Shown: positions 32,134 to 42,430, counted from the whole stretch's first letter. The stretch: DNA of 60,204 nt, filler included, from 4 parts of 4 records of this genome joined end to end with filler, not necessarily neighbours in it, one strand, 5' to 3'. Notes: a model not told the origin generated them from the letters alone. Numbers and translations: made by a program.

Positions 32134-32142
32134 GAATACATC

Positions 32143-32715
32143 ATGAAAGTAGTCGCTTTTAATGGTTCAGCCCGCAAGGGTGGCAACACCACTGAAATGA
32201 TCAATCGTGTTTTCACGGAACTCGAAGCTGAAGGTATTGAGACAGAACTCATCGAACTCGGCGGCAAAAAAATGCACGGTTGTATCGCCTGCATGAAATG
32301 CTTCAAAAACAAGGATCGCAAGTGTGCCGTAAAGAATGACTTCGTCAATGACTGTATTGCAGCCATGGACGATGCTGACGGCATTATTCTCGGCTCCCCG
32401 ACCTATTTTGCCACCATCTCCACGGAAATGAGCGCACTCATCGACCGGGCCGGGATGGTCGCCAGAGCCAATGACGACATGTTCGCCCGCAAAGTCGGCG
32501 CAAGTGTCGCGGTGGCTCGTCGCGGCGGTGCCATCCAGACCTTCAACACGTTGAATGCCTTCTTTTTCATCGGGCAAATGATTGTCCCTGGTTCCCATTA
32601 TTGGAACATGGGGTTTGGCATGAACAAAGGTGAAATCACACAAGATACTGAAGGCATGGAGACCATGGACATCCTTGGTAAGAACATGGCGTGGCTCATG
32701 AAAAAACTCGCATAG
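32143..32715 (+). CDS. Iron-sulfur flavoprotein / flavodoxin family protein
   Basis: NGSARKGGNT, CIACMKC.....KC, GSPTYF, RRGG. Confidence 0.9.
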   Translation: MKVVAFNGSARKGGNTTEMINRVFTELEAEGIETELIELGGKKMHGCIACMKCFKNKDRKCAVKNDFVNDCIAAMDDADGIILGSPTYFATISTEMSALIDRAGMVARANDDMFARKVGASVAVARRGGAIQTFNTLNAFFFIGQMIVPGSHYWNMGFGMNKGEITQDTEGMETMDILGKNMAWLMKKLA

Positions 32716-32794
32716 TTTTTTAACACTCCTCCATAAAGAACGGCGCCCCCTGTCAGTCAGGGAGCGCCGTTCGCATTGTGAAAAAAACAAACGA

Positions 32795-35092
32795 TCAGAC
32801 GGGCAGGGTCACAACCACACAAGTTTGACCGGGAACATCAGTTTCCACGATAATATCGCCGCCATGTGTCCGCGCAATAAGGCGGGCGGAATACGTCCCA
32901 AGCCCGGACCCACCGGGCGTATTCGCGGTTGAATATTTATCAAAAAAAGTATCGCGGAGATGGTGAGCTACTTCTCCCTGATTACGGATAGCAAGCGTCA
33001 AAACTCCATTCTTCTCCAAAACTATGGAAACAGAACCAGACTCTGGTGAAGCTTGTAATGCGTTAATAATCAGATTCGAAAGCATGGAACGAAACAATTC
33101 CTCGTCCACTGTGGCAAAAAAAGAATCAGCGTGTTGACCGGAGCGTACTTCAATACCCACACTGATTCCCTTGCTCCGGATCTGTGGCATGGCCTCGGCC
33201 TTAATACGCTCCACCATCCGCAACAAATCCACTTCAGACTTGGCAAGAACATACGTCCCGCGCTCCATTTTATACAAATCAAGAGAACGGTTAATGAGTT
33301 GAAGCATGGTCTCCCCTGCATCCTCAATCGTCTCCAGCATGGCATCCTGATCAGTGTTCAACCCACCCAAACGACGGACCTCACCGGGAAGACTGATTAC
33401 CGCACCCAACGGGGTTTTGAGATCGTGTCGCGCTATGCGTTCAACATCCTCACGCAGAGCTTCAGCCAGCTTGCGGTCAGTAATATCACGCCCAACACCC
33501 TGCACGCCCAACTTCTCTCCTTCCTCATTCAGCAAAATGCCCAAATGACACTCCAACCAAACGGTAGAACCGTCAGCACACAAGAATTCCAAACTTTCGG
33601 TAGTAGACGGAGGTTGAGCAGGGTTCTTATTCTGTTCTTCCAAAAAGAGGAGAGTTCCCCTAAAACGTGTCCGGGATGATGGGGTCAGAAAATCGTCAAG
33701 AAAACGCCCCAGTACATCATACCTTTTATATCCACGTACAACTTCATCTGACGGACTGATGTAGGTAAAACGCAAGTCCGCATCGAGTCCCCAAATAACA
33801 TCTGTTACATTCTCGGCCAGAAGACGATACTGCTTTTCCCGTTGCCTGAGGGCTTCTTCCATAAGTTTACGGTCAGTGATGTCTGTCCCCACACACAGGA
33901 GGCCGACCATGGTCTTATCGCGGGTCAACACCGAATCATTGGCCCAAGCGACCCACACGATTTCGCCGTTCTTACGAACATTCATTATCTCATTGAAGGG
34001 ATGAGCGGACGGATTCTTGAGCAGCCGGCCAAGATACCGTTTCATGGACTGCCCTTCCATGTCTTTTTTGGGAATCAGGGTGCCAATCAGCGGCTTACCG
34101 ATAAGCTCCCCGCGTTTGTACCCATAAAACTGCTCGGCGTACTCGTTACAGAAAACGATCTCACCAGACATATCGATACGTAAAATAATAGATTTCGCAT
34201 TTTGGACCAGATTTCGATATTTCTCCCGATCAGCGAGCCGCCCCATAATCATGGCCAGAACAGCCCAAAAAGAAATCGGAACCAACAGGATACAAATAGT
34301 TCCACCGACGAGAATATATGTTTTGTACGGTGACGAGGTCCACCCTCCCCGCGGCACCGCAGCTAATTCCCATGCCCCCGTGGGAACCGGAATATTGTGC
34401 ACGAGAGGAGCCATATCGAAAACCATGGGCACACCAGCCAACATCACTTCTTTAGACGGCGGGTTCTCAGGCTTCCTCAATCCAAGCAGAATACCCGGAT
34501 GGGCATCGGAAAAACCGGCTTTGCTATAAAAAGCCCGAATATCGAGACAGATGACAACCTGCCCCCAATAGGAGCTACTTCCATCCGGCAAAATGACTGA
34601 CACCGGAGCAAAAAACATAATGTCAGTGACTTCCTTGCTGTCCTGACTCGGAACAATCATCTGGATAGTCCCGGTCTCCTGAGCTCGCACGGCCAAGCCT
34701 CGTGCCAACACCGGCCCACTTCTGAGCAATGAACGTCCCACGGCTTGTTCAGCCCCGGTGGCAGGGTAAACATGACTCACCACATTGTCTTTGGCGAGCC
34801 ACACCGAACGAACGCTCCCAACGTGAATAAGTAACCCTTTGGCCAGGGTCTGAAACAATTCCTGCTGTATTTCCGGATTCGCCTGAACCGATGAACGCAA
34901 TGCCGTAATCAAATGCTGTTTGGCGTCAAGAGCCCCTTCAAGCCTGGTAGCTACGTCGGCGAGGACATGAAGAACTTCTGCCCGATTTTTTTCAATGTGA
35001 TTATCCCGATCAGCCACATACCCAAAAGCCACGATCGCCGCCACGGCCAATCCAGCAAGCAAGGGAATCAAATAAATAAATCGTTTAAGCAT
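32795..35092 (-). CDS. CHASE-like/PAS/PAS sensor histidine kinase
   Basis: Two TM segments around a periplasmic domain, two PAS/PAC, RHDLKTPL H-box, NLIINA, GSGLG; start set at MLKRF (ORF track gives 35146). Confidence 0.9.
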   Translation of the reverse strand: MLKRFIYLIPLLAGLAVAAIVAFGYVADRDNHIEKNRAEVLHVLADVATRLEGALDAKQHLITALRSSVQANPEIQQELFQTLAKGLLIHVGSVRSVWLAKDNVVSHVYPATGAEQAVGRSLLRSGPVLARGLAVRAQETGTIQMIVPSQDSKEVTDIMFFAPVSVILPDGSSSYWGQVVICLDIRAFYSKAGFSDAHPGILLGLRKPENPPSKEVMLAGVPMVFDMAPLVHNIPVPTGAWELAAVPRGGWTSSPYKTYILVGGTICILLVPISFWAVLAMIMGRLADREKYRNLVQNAKSIILRIDMSGEIVFCNEYAEQFYGYKRGELIGKPLIGTLIPKKDMEGQSMKRYLGRLLKNPSAHPFNEIMNVRKNGEIVWVAWANDSVLTRDKTMVGLLCVGTDITDRKLMEEALRQREKQYRLLAENVTDVIWGLDADLRFTYISPSDEVVRGYKRYDVLGRFLDDFLTPSSRTRFRGTLLFLEEQNKNPAQPPSTTESLEFLCADGSTVWLECHLGILLNEEGEKLGVQGVGRDITDRKLAEALREDVERIARHDLKTPLGAVISLPGEVRRLGGLNTDQDAMLETIEDAGETMLQLINRSLDLYKMERGTYVLAKSEVDLLRMVERIKAEAMPQIRSKGISVGIEVRSGQHADSFFATVDEELFRSMLSNLIINALQASPESGSVSIVLEKNGVLTLAIRNQGEVAHHLRDTFFDKYSTANTPGGSGLGTYSARLIARTHGGDIIVETDVPGQTCVVVTLPV

Positions 35093-35207
35093 GGTGATAA
35101 AAGTCCGTAATGGCCATAAGATTACACGACAACTTCGCGGCACCATAACAAAAGTACCGTCAAAGTGGAATCTATTCCAAAACGCCTACTGGAATTGTTC
35201 AGAAAAA

Positions 35208-36119
35208 TCAGCCAGCGACAGTTGCCCCGAGAGAAGGGGCAGAACAAATAACGGGACGAGCGATATCCGTCAGGCTTTCATGCGGGTGAAATTTGATAGT
35301 AGGAATCAGAGCGCCAGCCTGCCGTTTTATGCGAATATCACGAACCCGACGCAAATTCCCGCTCCCTATAGGATCAAATGAGACGGCAGGTGAAGCTTTG
35401 GGATCCGTCAAAAAATCAAAAATAATATTTTGAGACAAAGTGAACATTTCATCCAAATGAAGGTTGACGCGAGGTCCGGGCAATATTCTGTCAGCCAGCC
35501 TCAAAGAGGTGCCCCATGTTTTACGACCAGTCACGGTCAGACTGCCCTTGAGAATCTGTTTTTTAACCACAAACGGGAACCGCCGTTTGTCCATGGCCGA
35601 AAGCAACGTATCGTCTGAATCACGATTAGGCCTACGGAACAGGGATAAAGCTGTCTCCTGTTCACGTCTAAAACTCCGGTCAGCCTGCGCCTCAACATAG
35701 ACGTGAGACAATTTTGAGCCGGAATTCATATCCATGAGCGCGTTGGGGACATAATAATTATGGGCGACAACGTCAGCAGCCAGATGTGTCAGGTAACCAT
35801 AGCCGTAGGCAAGCACTCGGGCATCTTTGGCCGAATTGAGGAGTTTGAATCCCGTAACCCAGTTATGACTGTGACCGGGGCGAAAATTTGTCCCCTTGCC
35901 AATAAAAATATCAGCGGACAAACAACCATACAAAAAAGCATTCCGATGCCGATCTAGCAAGGCGGCCACCAAAGGCGGCAGGCACCCCATATCGGCCAGC
36001 ACGGAATTACCCAACGCAAGGTGTACGCCGGGACCCCAGGCATATGCCATGTCAGGAATCAGGGCGGTTACGACAAAAGCTATTATAGCAAAAACACATT
36101 TCTTTATTGGTGTGCTCAC
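35208..36119 (-). CDS. Zinc-dependent phospholipase C family protein
   Basis: Signal-like N-terminus then AWGPGVH; GYLTHLAADVVAH; HVYVE. Confidence 0.82.
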   Translation of the reverse strand: MSTPIKKCVFAIIAFVVTALIPDMAYAWGPGVHLALGNSVLADMGCLPPLVAALLDRHRNAFLYGCLSADIFIGKGTNFRPGHSHNWVTGFKLLNSAKDARVLAYGYGYLTHLAADVVAHNYYVPNALMDMNSGSKLSHVYVEAQADRSFRREQETALSLFRRPNRDSDDTLLSAMDKRRFPFVVKKQILKGSLTVTGRKTWGTSLRLADRILPGPRVNLHLDEMFTLSQNIIFDFLTDPKASPAVSFDPIGSGNLRRVRDIRIKRQAGALIPTIKFHPHESLTDIARPVICSAPSLGATVAG

Positions 36120-36236
36120 GGCCAGAAAGTAAGGCCCTGTGGGGAAAAGTCAATGAAAATCGTGTGACGATTCCCCAGACGATCCGCCGCCTGCAAGTCT
36201 CTGGAGATCACCACCGTTTGGGGACTAAAAAGAAAC

Positions 36237-37088
36237 TCAATCCAAACAGGTGGATGACAAACCTTGTGCAAACTTCCCCGGTGTCATGCCCATGATCTTT
36301 TTAAAACAACGGGTCATATGACTCTGATCAGAAAATCCGGCTTCAACGGCACTATCGGCCAAACTTCTGCCTTCGCGGATACTCGTTTTCACAATACGCA
36401 CACGTTGCATGGCCTGATATTCGTGTGGAGGCATCCCCACAACCGAAGCAAAATCCCGATTCAATCGACAAGGACTACATCCAGCCAACCGGGCAAGAAT
36501 TTTAAGTGGGATATCCTCGACACACCGCTCTTCCAATTCATGTCTGACTCGGGCGATTCGATCCGGCTCTGGCATATGAAGCCCTTCACGACAGTCACTG
36601 GCACAAAGAAGCTCCAACATACGCATAAAAGCGCCCTGCCGTTCCAGTTGCGAAGCCGATTCCCCGACCATCTCAGCCAATCCAATAACGGCCCCAAAAC
36701 AGGCCGGATCATCGCTGACCGGCTTTATCCCACGCAGACTCGCTAAATCGAACCCCACTGCCTCAAGACAGGAAAGAGGGATGCTGACCATACAATATTC
36801 GCATTCTCCGCCATCGGGACAGGCATGGGGAATGTCCGGAGGAATTATCATGACCTGTCCAGCCAAGACCGTATACCAAAACTCTTCGACCTTAAGCGGC
36901 CTGTCGCCAGACAACACCGCACCGACACATAACGATTGGTGCATGTGGCGCGCCCCGGTCGGAGAAGGCCCAGCGTGGCGAACCACGCTGACCCCATCCA
37001 ATCCTGGTATTTCGACAAATGTAGTCGTACTCACTGTCATTGAATTTGTTATTCCATCAGAGCCGGCACAAACTTGGCTAATAGACAC
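36237..37088 (-). CDS. AraC family transcriptional regulator
   Basis: Cupin-like RHMH, VGMPPHEY, GFSDQSHMTR.FKK..GMTPG; start uncertain. Confidence 0.9.
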   Translation of the reverse strand: MSISQVCAGSDGITNSMTVSTTTFVEIPGLDGVSVVRHAGPSPTGARHMHQSLCVGAVLSGDRPLKVEEFWYTVLAGQVMIIPPDIPHACPDGGECEYCMVSIPLSCLEAVGFDLASLRGIKPVSDDPACFGAVIGLAEMVGESASQLERQGAFMRMLELLCASDCREGLHMPEPDRIARVRHELEERCVEDIPLKILARLAGCSPCRLNRDFASVVGMPPHEYQAMQRVRIVKTSIREGRSLADSAVEAGFSDQSHMTRCFKKIMGMTPGKFAQGLSSTCLD

Positions 37089-37438
37089 AACCCTGCTTCA
37101 CCGGCCTGCACACTATGGGGTACGCTTTCCGGCATAACCGCAGCTACACCGGGGGCATATTCTACACGTCGGCCATCAAGCAGGCACACCCCGCTCCCAT
37201 CAGCGACTTCGTGCAGTTCCCAGTTCTTTTCGTGAACATGATCGCCTATTTCCGCACCGGGCTCAAGACGCACCAGATGCATACTGAACTGACCGCCCGT
37301 GTCTTTGCCGGTCATCAGATGCTTCATTGCTACCCCAATAAAAGTCGGATGAGGATTCCATTTAAGTGATCCGGCATCAATCTCGGCGTTCAGACCGGTC
37401 ATCCGGCCAGAATCAAATGCTGTAAAGATATTGCTCAT
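37049..37438 (-). CDS. Cupin domain protein
   Basis: HVH...ELH....G, PH.V cupin motif. Confidence 0.85.
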   Translation of the reverse strand: MSNIFTAFDSGRMTGLNAEIDAGSLKWNPHPTFIGVAMKHLMTGKDTGGQFSMHLVRLEPGAEIGDHVHEKNWELHEVADGSGVCLLDGRRVEYAPGVAAVMPESVPHSVQAGEAGLCLLAKFVPALME

Positions 37439-37504
37439 TACTTCTCCTTCAATTTCGAAAGAGAATAGGCAATGAAAGTCTGTTGATCTTGTACGATCTT
37501 GCCG

Positions 37505-38278
37505 CTAACCGGACAGGCCATTGGATTCGATTTCAACGACAAACGCTTCCACAAGGTCGGCATCAAGTGTTGAACCGGCCAGACTGCGGAGAATATCAAC
37601 AGCTTCAGTCACAGGCTTACCTTTTTGATAGGACCGATCCGTGGTCATGGCATCAAAATAATCCGCCACACTGATGATACGCGCACCAAGCGGGATGACA
37701 TCCCCCTCAATTCCTCGCGGATACCCTGTACCGTCCACATGTTCATGGTGGGCATAAACATACTCCAATGCAGGACCGAGAAAGTCGAGATTCTGAAGAA
37801 TATCCCGTCCCCACTCAGGGTGTTTATGAATTTCCTCAATCATGTCTTGAGACAAGGGAGTATTGCCGCTCGTAAAGATTTGATCGCTGAAACCGATTTT
37901 CCCGATGTCATGGAGCGTTCCGGCAATACGAATACGCTCCACTTCATCATTGGGCAGTCCGACGCGTTGGGCAAGACGTCTGGCATAGACGCCCACCCTC
38001 TCACCATGCCCTTCGGAATAAGAATCCCGCGCACCAAGAGCATGAACAACCGCAGTCACAGTGTTCACCGTATCGCGTCGAATCTTGGCAAGAAGCTGCT
38101 CCAGTCGGTCTTCTCTGGCTTCGATCTTGACCATCATCAGCCCTACGGCCTCGGCCAATTCCTGAATTTCCGGCGCACATTCAGGGCCGGTCAAATTCAG
38201 TATTTCATCGCTGTAGTTTCCGGCGGATATCTTGCGGATCATCCGCAGCAGTTCTTCCTGCCCCTTAAGCGGCGCCAT
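37505..38278 (-). CDS. HD-GYP cyclic dinucleotide phosphodiesterase
   Basis: LHDIGK, HHEHVDGTGYP, ADYFDAMT.DR; start moved to MAPLKG to avoid overlap. Confidence 0.9.
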   Translation of the reverse strand: MAPLKGQEELLRMIRKISAGNYSDEILNLTGPECAPEIQELAEAVGLMMVKIEAREDRLEQLLAKIRRDTVNTVTAVVHALGARDSYSEGHGERVGVYARRLAQRVGLPNDEVERIRIAGTLHDIGKIGFSDQIFTSGNTPLSQDMIEEIHKHPEWGRDILQNLDFLGPALEYVYAHHEHVDGTGYPRGIEGDVIPLGARIISVADYFDAMTTDRSYQKGKPVTEAVDILRSLAGSTLDADLVEAFVVEIESNGLSG

Positions 38279-38283
38279 GAATA

Positions 38284-39144
38284 TTACTTCCAGACTGACG
38301 CGTTCTCGGCAACGAAATCGTCGAAGGTCCGTGCAGGTGCCCCGGTCAGATATTCCACAGCCTTGGTCACATTGCCAGCCATACCGAGTTTGACCACACG
38401 GGTCAGGCTGACCAGCATGTCGATATTCCACTGGGGAAGACCTTTACCCTGCAGGGCGGCAATAAAAGCCTCTTCGGCAGCCGGAGTATAGGTCACCTCG
38501 CACCCACTGGCCGCTGCAATCTTTTCCGCAACCTGAGACAAGGTCAGCCCTTCAGGCCCGGTCAACGCATAAAAACTGTTCTCGAAACCGGCGTTGTCCA
38601 GCAACAATCGAGCGGCACAGTCCGCAATGTCCTTCGCATCAATGTAGCTGACGGCGGCATCTTCTTCCGGCAGGGCGATGACACCCGCCTTGATCATTTC
38701 GGCATAGGGACCAACAAAATTCTGCATGAAAGAGTTAGGACGAAGCACCGTATAGGTGATTTTTGAATCTTCCACGAACTGATCAACCATGCCATGCTCA
38801 CGACCGAGTCGCCAGTGAGCGTCCGAAGAGGAGCCATACCCGGACGAACGGACAATATATTCAATCCCGGCCTTCTTGGCGGCTTCCACAGCCAAATGGC
38901 CATACCGAGTCAACTTTTCCTGCAAGGGAATGGACAAAAACATTCGGTCACAACCAGCCATGGCCTGAGTGATGGAATCGACATCCTTGAAGTCGAAAAC
39001 ACGGGCTTCAACACCTTCTTGTGTCACGGCCTCACCCTTTTCCGGGGAATGCACGCCTGCGACCACTTCGGCCTTTCCATCAAGGGATTCAATCAAAGCT
39101 GTTCCAAGGAGTCCGGCGCCACCTGCGATGAAAATCTTGCTCAT
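38284..39144 (-). CDS. NmrA-like / atypical SDR oxidoreductase
   Basis: AGGAGLLG Rossmann motif, LRPNSFMQN, SYIDAKDIA, LTGPE. Confidence 0.88.
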   Translation of the reverse strand: MSKIFIAGGAGLLGTALIESLDGKAEVVAGVHSPEKGEAVTQEGVEARVFDFKDVDSITQAMAGCDRMFLSIPLQEKLTRYGHLAVEAAKKAGIEYIVRSSGYGSSSDAHWRLGREHGMVDQFVEDSKITYTVLRPNSFMQNFVGPYAEMIKAGVIALPEEDAAVSYIDAKDIADCAARLLLDNAGFENSFYALTGPEGLTLSQVAEKIAAASGCEVTYTPAAEEAFIAALQGKGLPQWNIDMLVSLTRVVKLGMAGNVTKAVEYLTGAPARTFDDFVAENASVWK

Positions 39145-39339
39145 GTATAATCTCCTCCCCTCGCTCCGGGCGGGGGTCTCGTTGTTGTGAACTTCCGCAC
39201 GCTACACGAACATGACGGCATAAGGCAAACATGAAGACCACTCCTCTGCCGATTTCGACCACTGACCGATTCCACGGTTGCGCCTTTGGCGCATGGAGTG
39301 CTAAATCCAGCCCATGCTTGAAAAATTTCAGGAGACAAG

Positions 39340-41043
39340 ATGCTGTTAGGAATCGACGTCGGCGGTACCCATACCGATGCAGTGGCCATGGACCTGAGTC
39401 AGGGAATGCAGGTCGTTGCATCCTGTAAGGTTCCCACCCGTCACGAGGACCTACTGTCCTCGGTTACAAAGGCTTTGGAAACAATACTCGCGAGTATCGG
39501 CAAGGCATCGGTATCGCAACTCAACCTGTCCACGACACTATCCACCAATGCCATTGTTCAAGGCAAGACAGAAGACGTTGGCGTCATTGTCACGTCCGGG
39601 CCGGGCATAGACCCGCACAATTTCATGCCATGCAAAGATTTCCACGTCATTGACGGCTCCATTGATCATCGCGGCAACGAAGTGCGCGCCCTGTCCAATC
39701 GTCAGCTGTCAAAAGCCATTGATTCATGCCGCGACAACGGCGTTCGAGTTTTTGCGTCAGTGGGGAAATTTTCCACCCGCAACCCGCGCCATGAAAATTT
39801 CATTCGCCGCATGGTCTGTAATTGCAAAGATATTGACGTCTGCGACCATGCCGACTTTGTCACCCTCGGACATCAACTCGGCGGGGCACTCAATTTTCCA
39901 CGCCGAGTTGCCACGGCTTATTTCAACTGTGCGGTCTGGCGTCTGTACAATGACTTCGCCACTGCCGTGGAAAAAGCATTGGCCGACATGGGACTGAGTC
40001 ACGTCAAAGTCAACATCCTCAAAGCGGACGGCGGAACCATGCCGTTGAGCCAATCACGCACCATGCCCGTGCAGTCAATTTTCTCCGGCCCTGCCGCTTC
40101 GGTTATGGGCATCATTGCCCTGACGGACATCTTCCACGATTCAGTGATTCTCGACATCGGAGGCACCACCACGGACATCGCGGTTTTTGCCGACGGAGCA
40201 CCACTCATCGAGCGCGAAGGGATTTCCATCGGTTCCCACCCCACTCTTGTCACGGCCCTCAAAGTCCACTCCATCGGTATCGGCGGAGACTCTGCCATCT
40301 CCATCGTCGGGGATGACGTCCGAGTAGGACCAAACAGGCTTGGGCCATCAGTCTGCATGGGCGGAGAACAGGTCACGCTGACCGATGCCCTCAACTGCAC
40401 GGGAATTGCCGAAGTAGGCGATGTCGCAACATCAAAAAAGGCCATGGCAACATATGCGGATCGCCATTCCATCCCAGCTGACACTCTGGCTGAAAAAGCC
40501 GTGGCGTATGCAGCAGATGCCATTCACTCGGCCACACGAGGACTGATCGACGAGATCAATTCCAAACCGGTCTACACCATCCACGAACTGCTCGACGCAA
40601 AGAAGGTCGTGCCCAAAAAGGTCTATCTCATGGGCGGTCCTGCAAAAGCCATGAAGATGGAAATGTTTCAACGATTCCAGCTTTCCACCGAAGTGCCGGA
40701 AAACTATGATGTCGCCAATGCCATCGGCGCAGCCTTGACCCGCACGACATGGGAGTTGGAACTTTTCGCCGACACCCAGCGGCATGTAATGTTCATACCG
40801 ACCCTGTCATACCGCGAGAACGTCCCCACCAGTTACGACCAATCGGATGCAGAAAAAGACGCGGTCAATCAATTGACCATGCAGCTCGATTCCATGGGCG
40901 TTTTTCTCCAGTCGGAAGATGCGCAAATCACTCACACCTCCAGTTTCAACATGGTTGAAGGGTACGATCAGGTTGGTAAAAATATCCGCGTGAAGTGTCA
41001 GGTGAGACCCGGCGTGGTCAAGACCTTCGTGGGGAGGAAATAA
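39340..41043 (+). CDS. Hydantoinase/oxoprolinase A-type (ASKHA ATP-binding) protein
   Basis: GIDVGGTHTD, LSTTLSTNA, SGPAAS, LDIGGTTTD, SIGIGGDS, ANAIGAA. Confidence 0.9.
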   Translation: MLLGIDVGGTHTDAVAMDLSQGMQVVASCKVPTRHEDLLSSVTKALETILASIGKASVSQLNLSTTLSTNAIVQGKTEDVGVIVTSGPGIDPHNFMPCKDFHVIDGSIDHRGNEVRALSNRQLSKAIDSCRDNGVRVFASVGKFSTRNPRHENFIRRMVCNCKDIDVCDHADFVTLGHQLGGALNFPRRVATAYFNCAVWRLYNDFATAVEKALADMGLSHVKVNILKADGGTMPLSQSRTMPVQSIFSGPAASVMGIIALTDIFHDSVILDIGGTTTDIAVFADGAPLIEREGISIGSHPTLVTALKVHSIGIGGDSAISIVGDDVRVGPNRLGPSVCMGGEQVTLTDALNCTGIAEVGDVATSKKAMATYADRHSIPADTLAEKAVAYAADAIHSATRGLIDEINSKPVYTIHELLDAKKVVPKKVYLMGGPAKAMKMEMFQRFQLSTEVPENYDVANAIGAALTRTTWELELFADTQRHVMFIPTLSYRENVPTSYDQSDAEKDAVNQLTMQLDSMGVFLQSEDAQITHTSSFNMVEGYDQVGKNIRVKCQVRPGVVKTFVGRK

Positions 41044-41045
41044 TC

Positions 41046-42380
41046 ATGCTCAAATCAAACAACCGCCTTGGTATCATCTTTTTCCCGGCATTTGACTGGG
41101 CCATCTCCCCGACCCACCCAGAACGACAGGAACGACTGCTCTACACTCAAGATCAACTACGAGAAGAAGGCATCTTCGACATTGAAGGTGTAGGCGAATA
41201 CAAGCCCGATGTAGCGGCCATCGAAGACGTTGAACGCGTCCATTTCTGCTTCCCGGAAGTCTCAAGCGTAGCGACCCGATCGCACCTCATTTCAGCAGGC
41301 GGAGCCATGAAAGCCGCTGATCTGGTCATGGAAGGCGAGCGGGATTGCGCTTTCGCCATGGTCCGGCCTCCAGGCCACCACGCCATGAAAGTTGTGCATG
41401 GTTCTCGAGGGTTCTGCACCATCAATATTGAAGCGGTGATGATCGAGCACATCCGTGAAAAATACGGGCGGAAGAAAGTCGCTATTATCGACACGGACTG
41501 CCATCACGGTGACGGGACACAGGACGTTTACTGGCACGACCCGGACACGTTGTTCATTTCCATTCATCAGGACGGGCGGACCCTGTACCCCGGTTCCGGC
41601 TTTCCGCAGGAACTTGGCGGTCCCAACGCCATGGGCAGAACGCTTAACATTCCACTGCCGCCCAATACTTCGGATGAGGGATTCCTTATGGCAATGGAAC
41701 GGATTGTCATGCCCATCCTCGACGATTTTAAGCCGGACCTGATCATCAACTCCGCAGGACAGGACAACCATTTTTCGGACCCGATCACCAATATGAACTT
41801 CTCAGCCAAAGGGTATGCGACCCTCAACGAGATGCTCAAACCAGATATCGCGGTGCTGGAAGGCGGCTATTCCATTCAGGGTGCGTTGCCCTATATCAAC
41901 CTCGGTATCTGTCTGGCCATGGCCGGAGTGGATTATTCCCACGTCAAGGAACCAAATTACAACGCGGAAATGATCGCACAGGACGCACAAACTACAGCAT
42001 ATATTGAAGAGTTGTGTAAACAGTTACCCAAGTTATATTTCAATCCCCCGCCATTTGATGCCAAAGGGGATGGCAAACAGGGAGTTGTTTCGGGTGAAAC
42101 CTTTATCCGGCCCAAACAGATTTATTACGACACCGATGGCATCAATGAAGTGCAGCAGGAAACAGTCACGGTCTGTGATACCTGTCGCGGGTTATACAAG
42201 GTCGAGACCCGTGCTGATTCCGGGCCGCTTTGTCTTGGTGTAGAAATACCGATTGATGCCTGCCCGACCTGTCGGAGTAAAGGGTATCAAATTGTCGAGG
42301 AAGCACAGTTGAAGGGAACGTACCGGTATATTCAGATGATTAACCGATTAGACAAAGAGTACTTGAGGTACGGTTTCTGA
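41046..42380 (+). CDS. Histone deacetylase family amidohydrolase with Cys-rich C-terminal extension
   Basis: RPPGHHA, GFC, DTDCHHGDGTQ, SAGQDNH..DP, LEGGY; CDTC...CPTC tail; RBS GGAGG. Confidence 0.92.
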   Translation: MLKSNNRLGIIFFPAFDWAISPTHPERQERLLYTQDQLREEGIFDIEGVGEYKPDVAAIEDVERVHFCFPEVSSVATRSHLISAGGAMKAADLVMEGERDCAFAMVRPPGHHAMKVVHGSRGFCTINIEAVMIEHIREKYGRKKVAIIDTDCHHGDGTQDVYWHDPDTLFISIHQDGRTLYPGSGFPQELGGPNAMGRTLNIPLPPNTSDEGFLMAMERIVMPILDDFKPDLIINSAGQDNHFSDPITNMNFSAKGYATLNEMLKPDIAVLEGGYSIQGALPYINLGICLAMAGVDYSHVKEPNYNAEMIAQDAQTTAYIEELCKQLPKLYFNPPPFDAKGDGKQGVVSGETFIRPKQIYYDTDGINEVQQETVTVCDTCRGLYKVETRADSGPLCLGVEIPIDACPTCRSKGYQIVEEAQLKGTYRYIQMINRLDKEYLRYGF

Positions 42381-42430
42381 AAAGAGAAGTCGCGTTTGCT
42401 CAAAAGATATTCTTCGTTTTGATTGTATGG

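Noticed and set aside
22069-42243. Many overlapping or antisense ORFs in contig 2 (e.g. 37625-38491, 32167-32790, 27027-27605)
   Set aside because: Expected in higher-GC DNA opposite well-supported genes; no motifs or RBS
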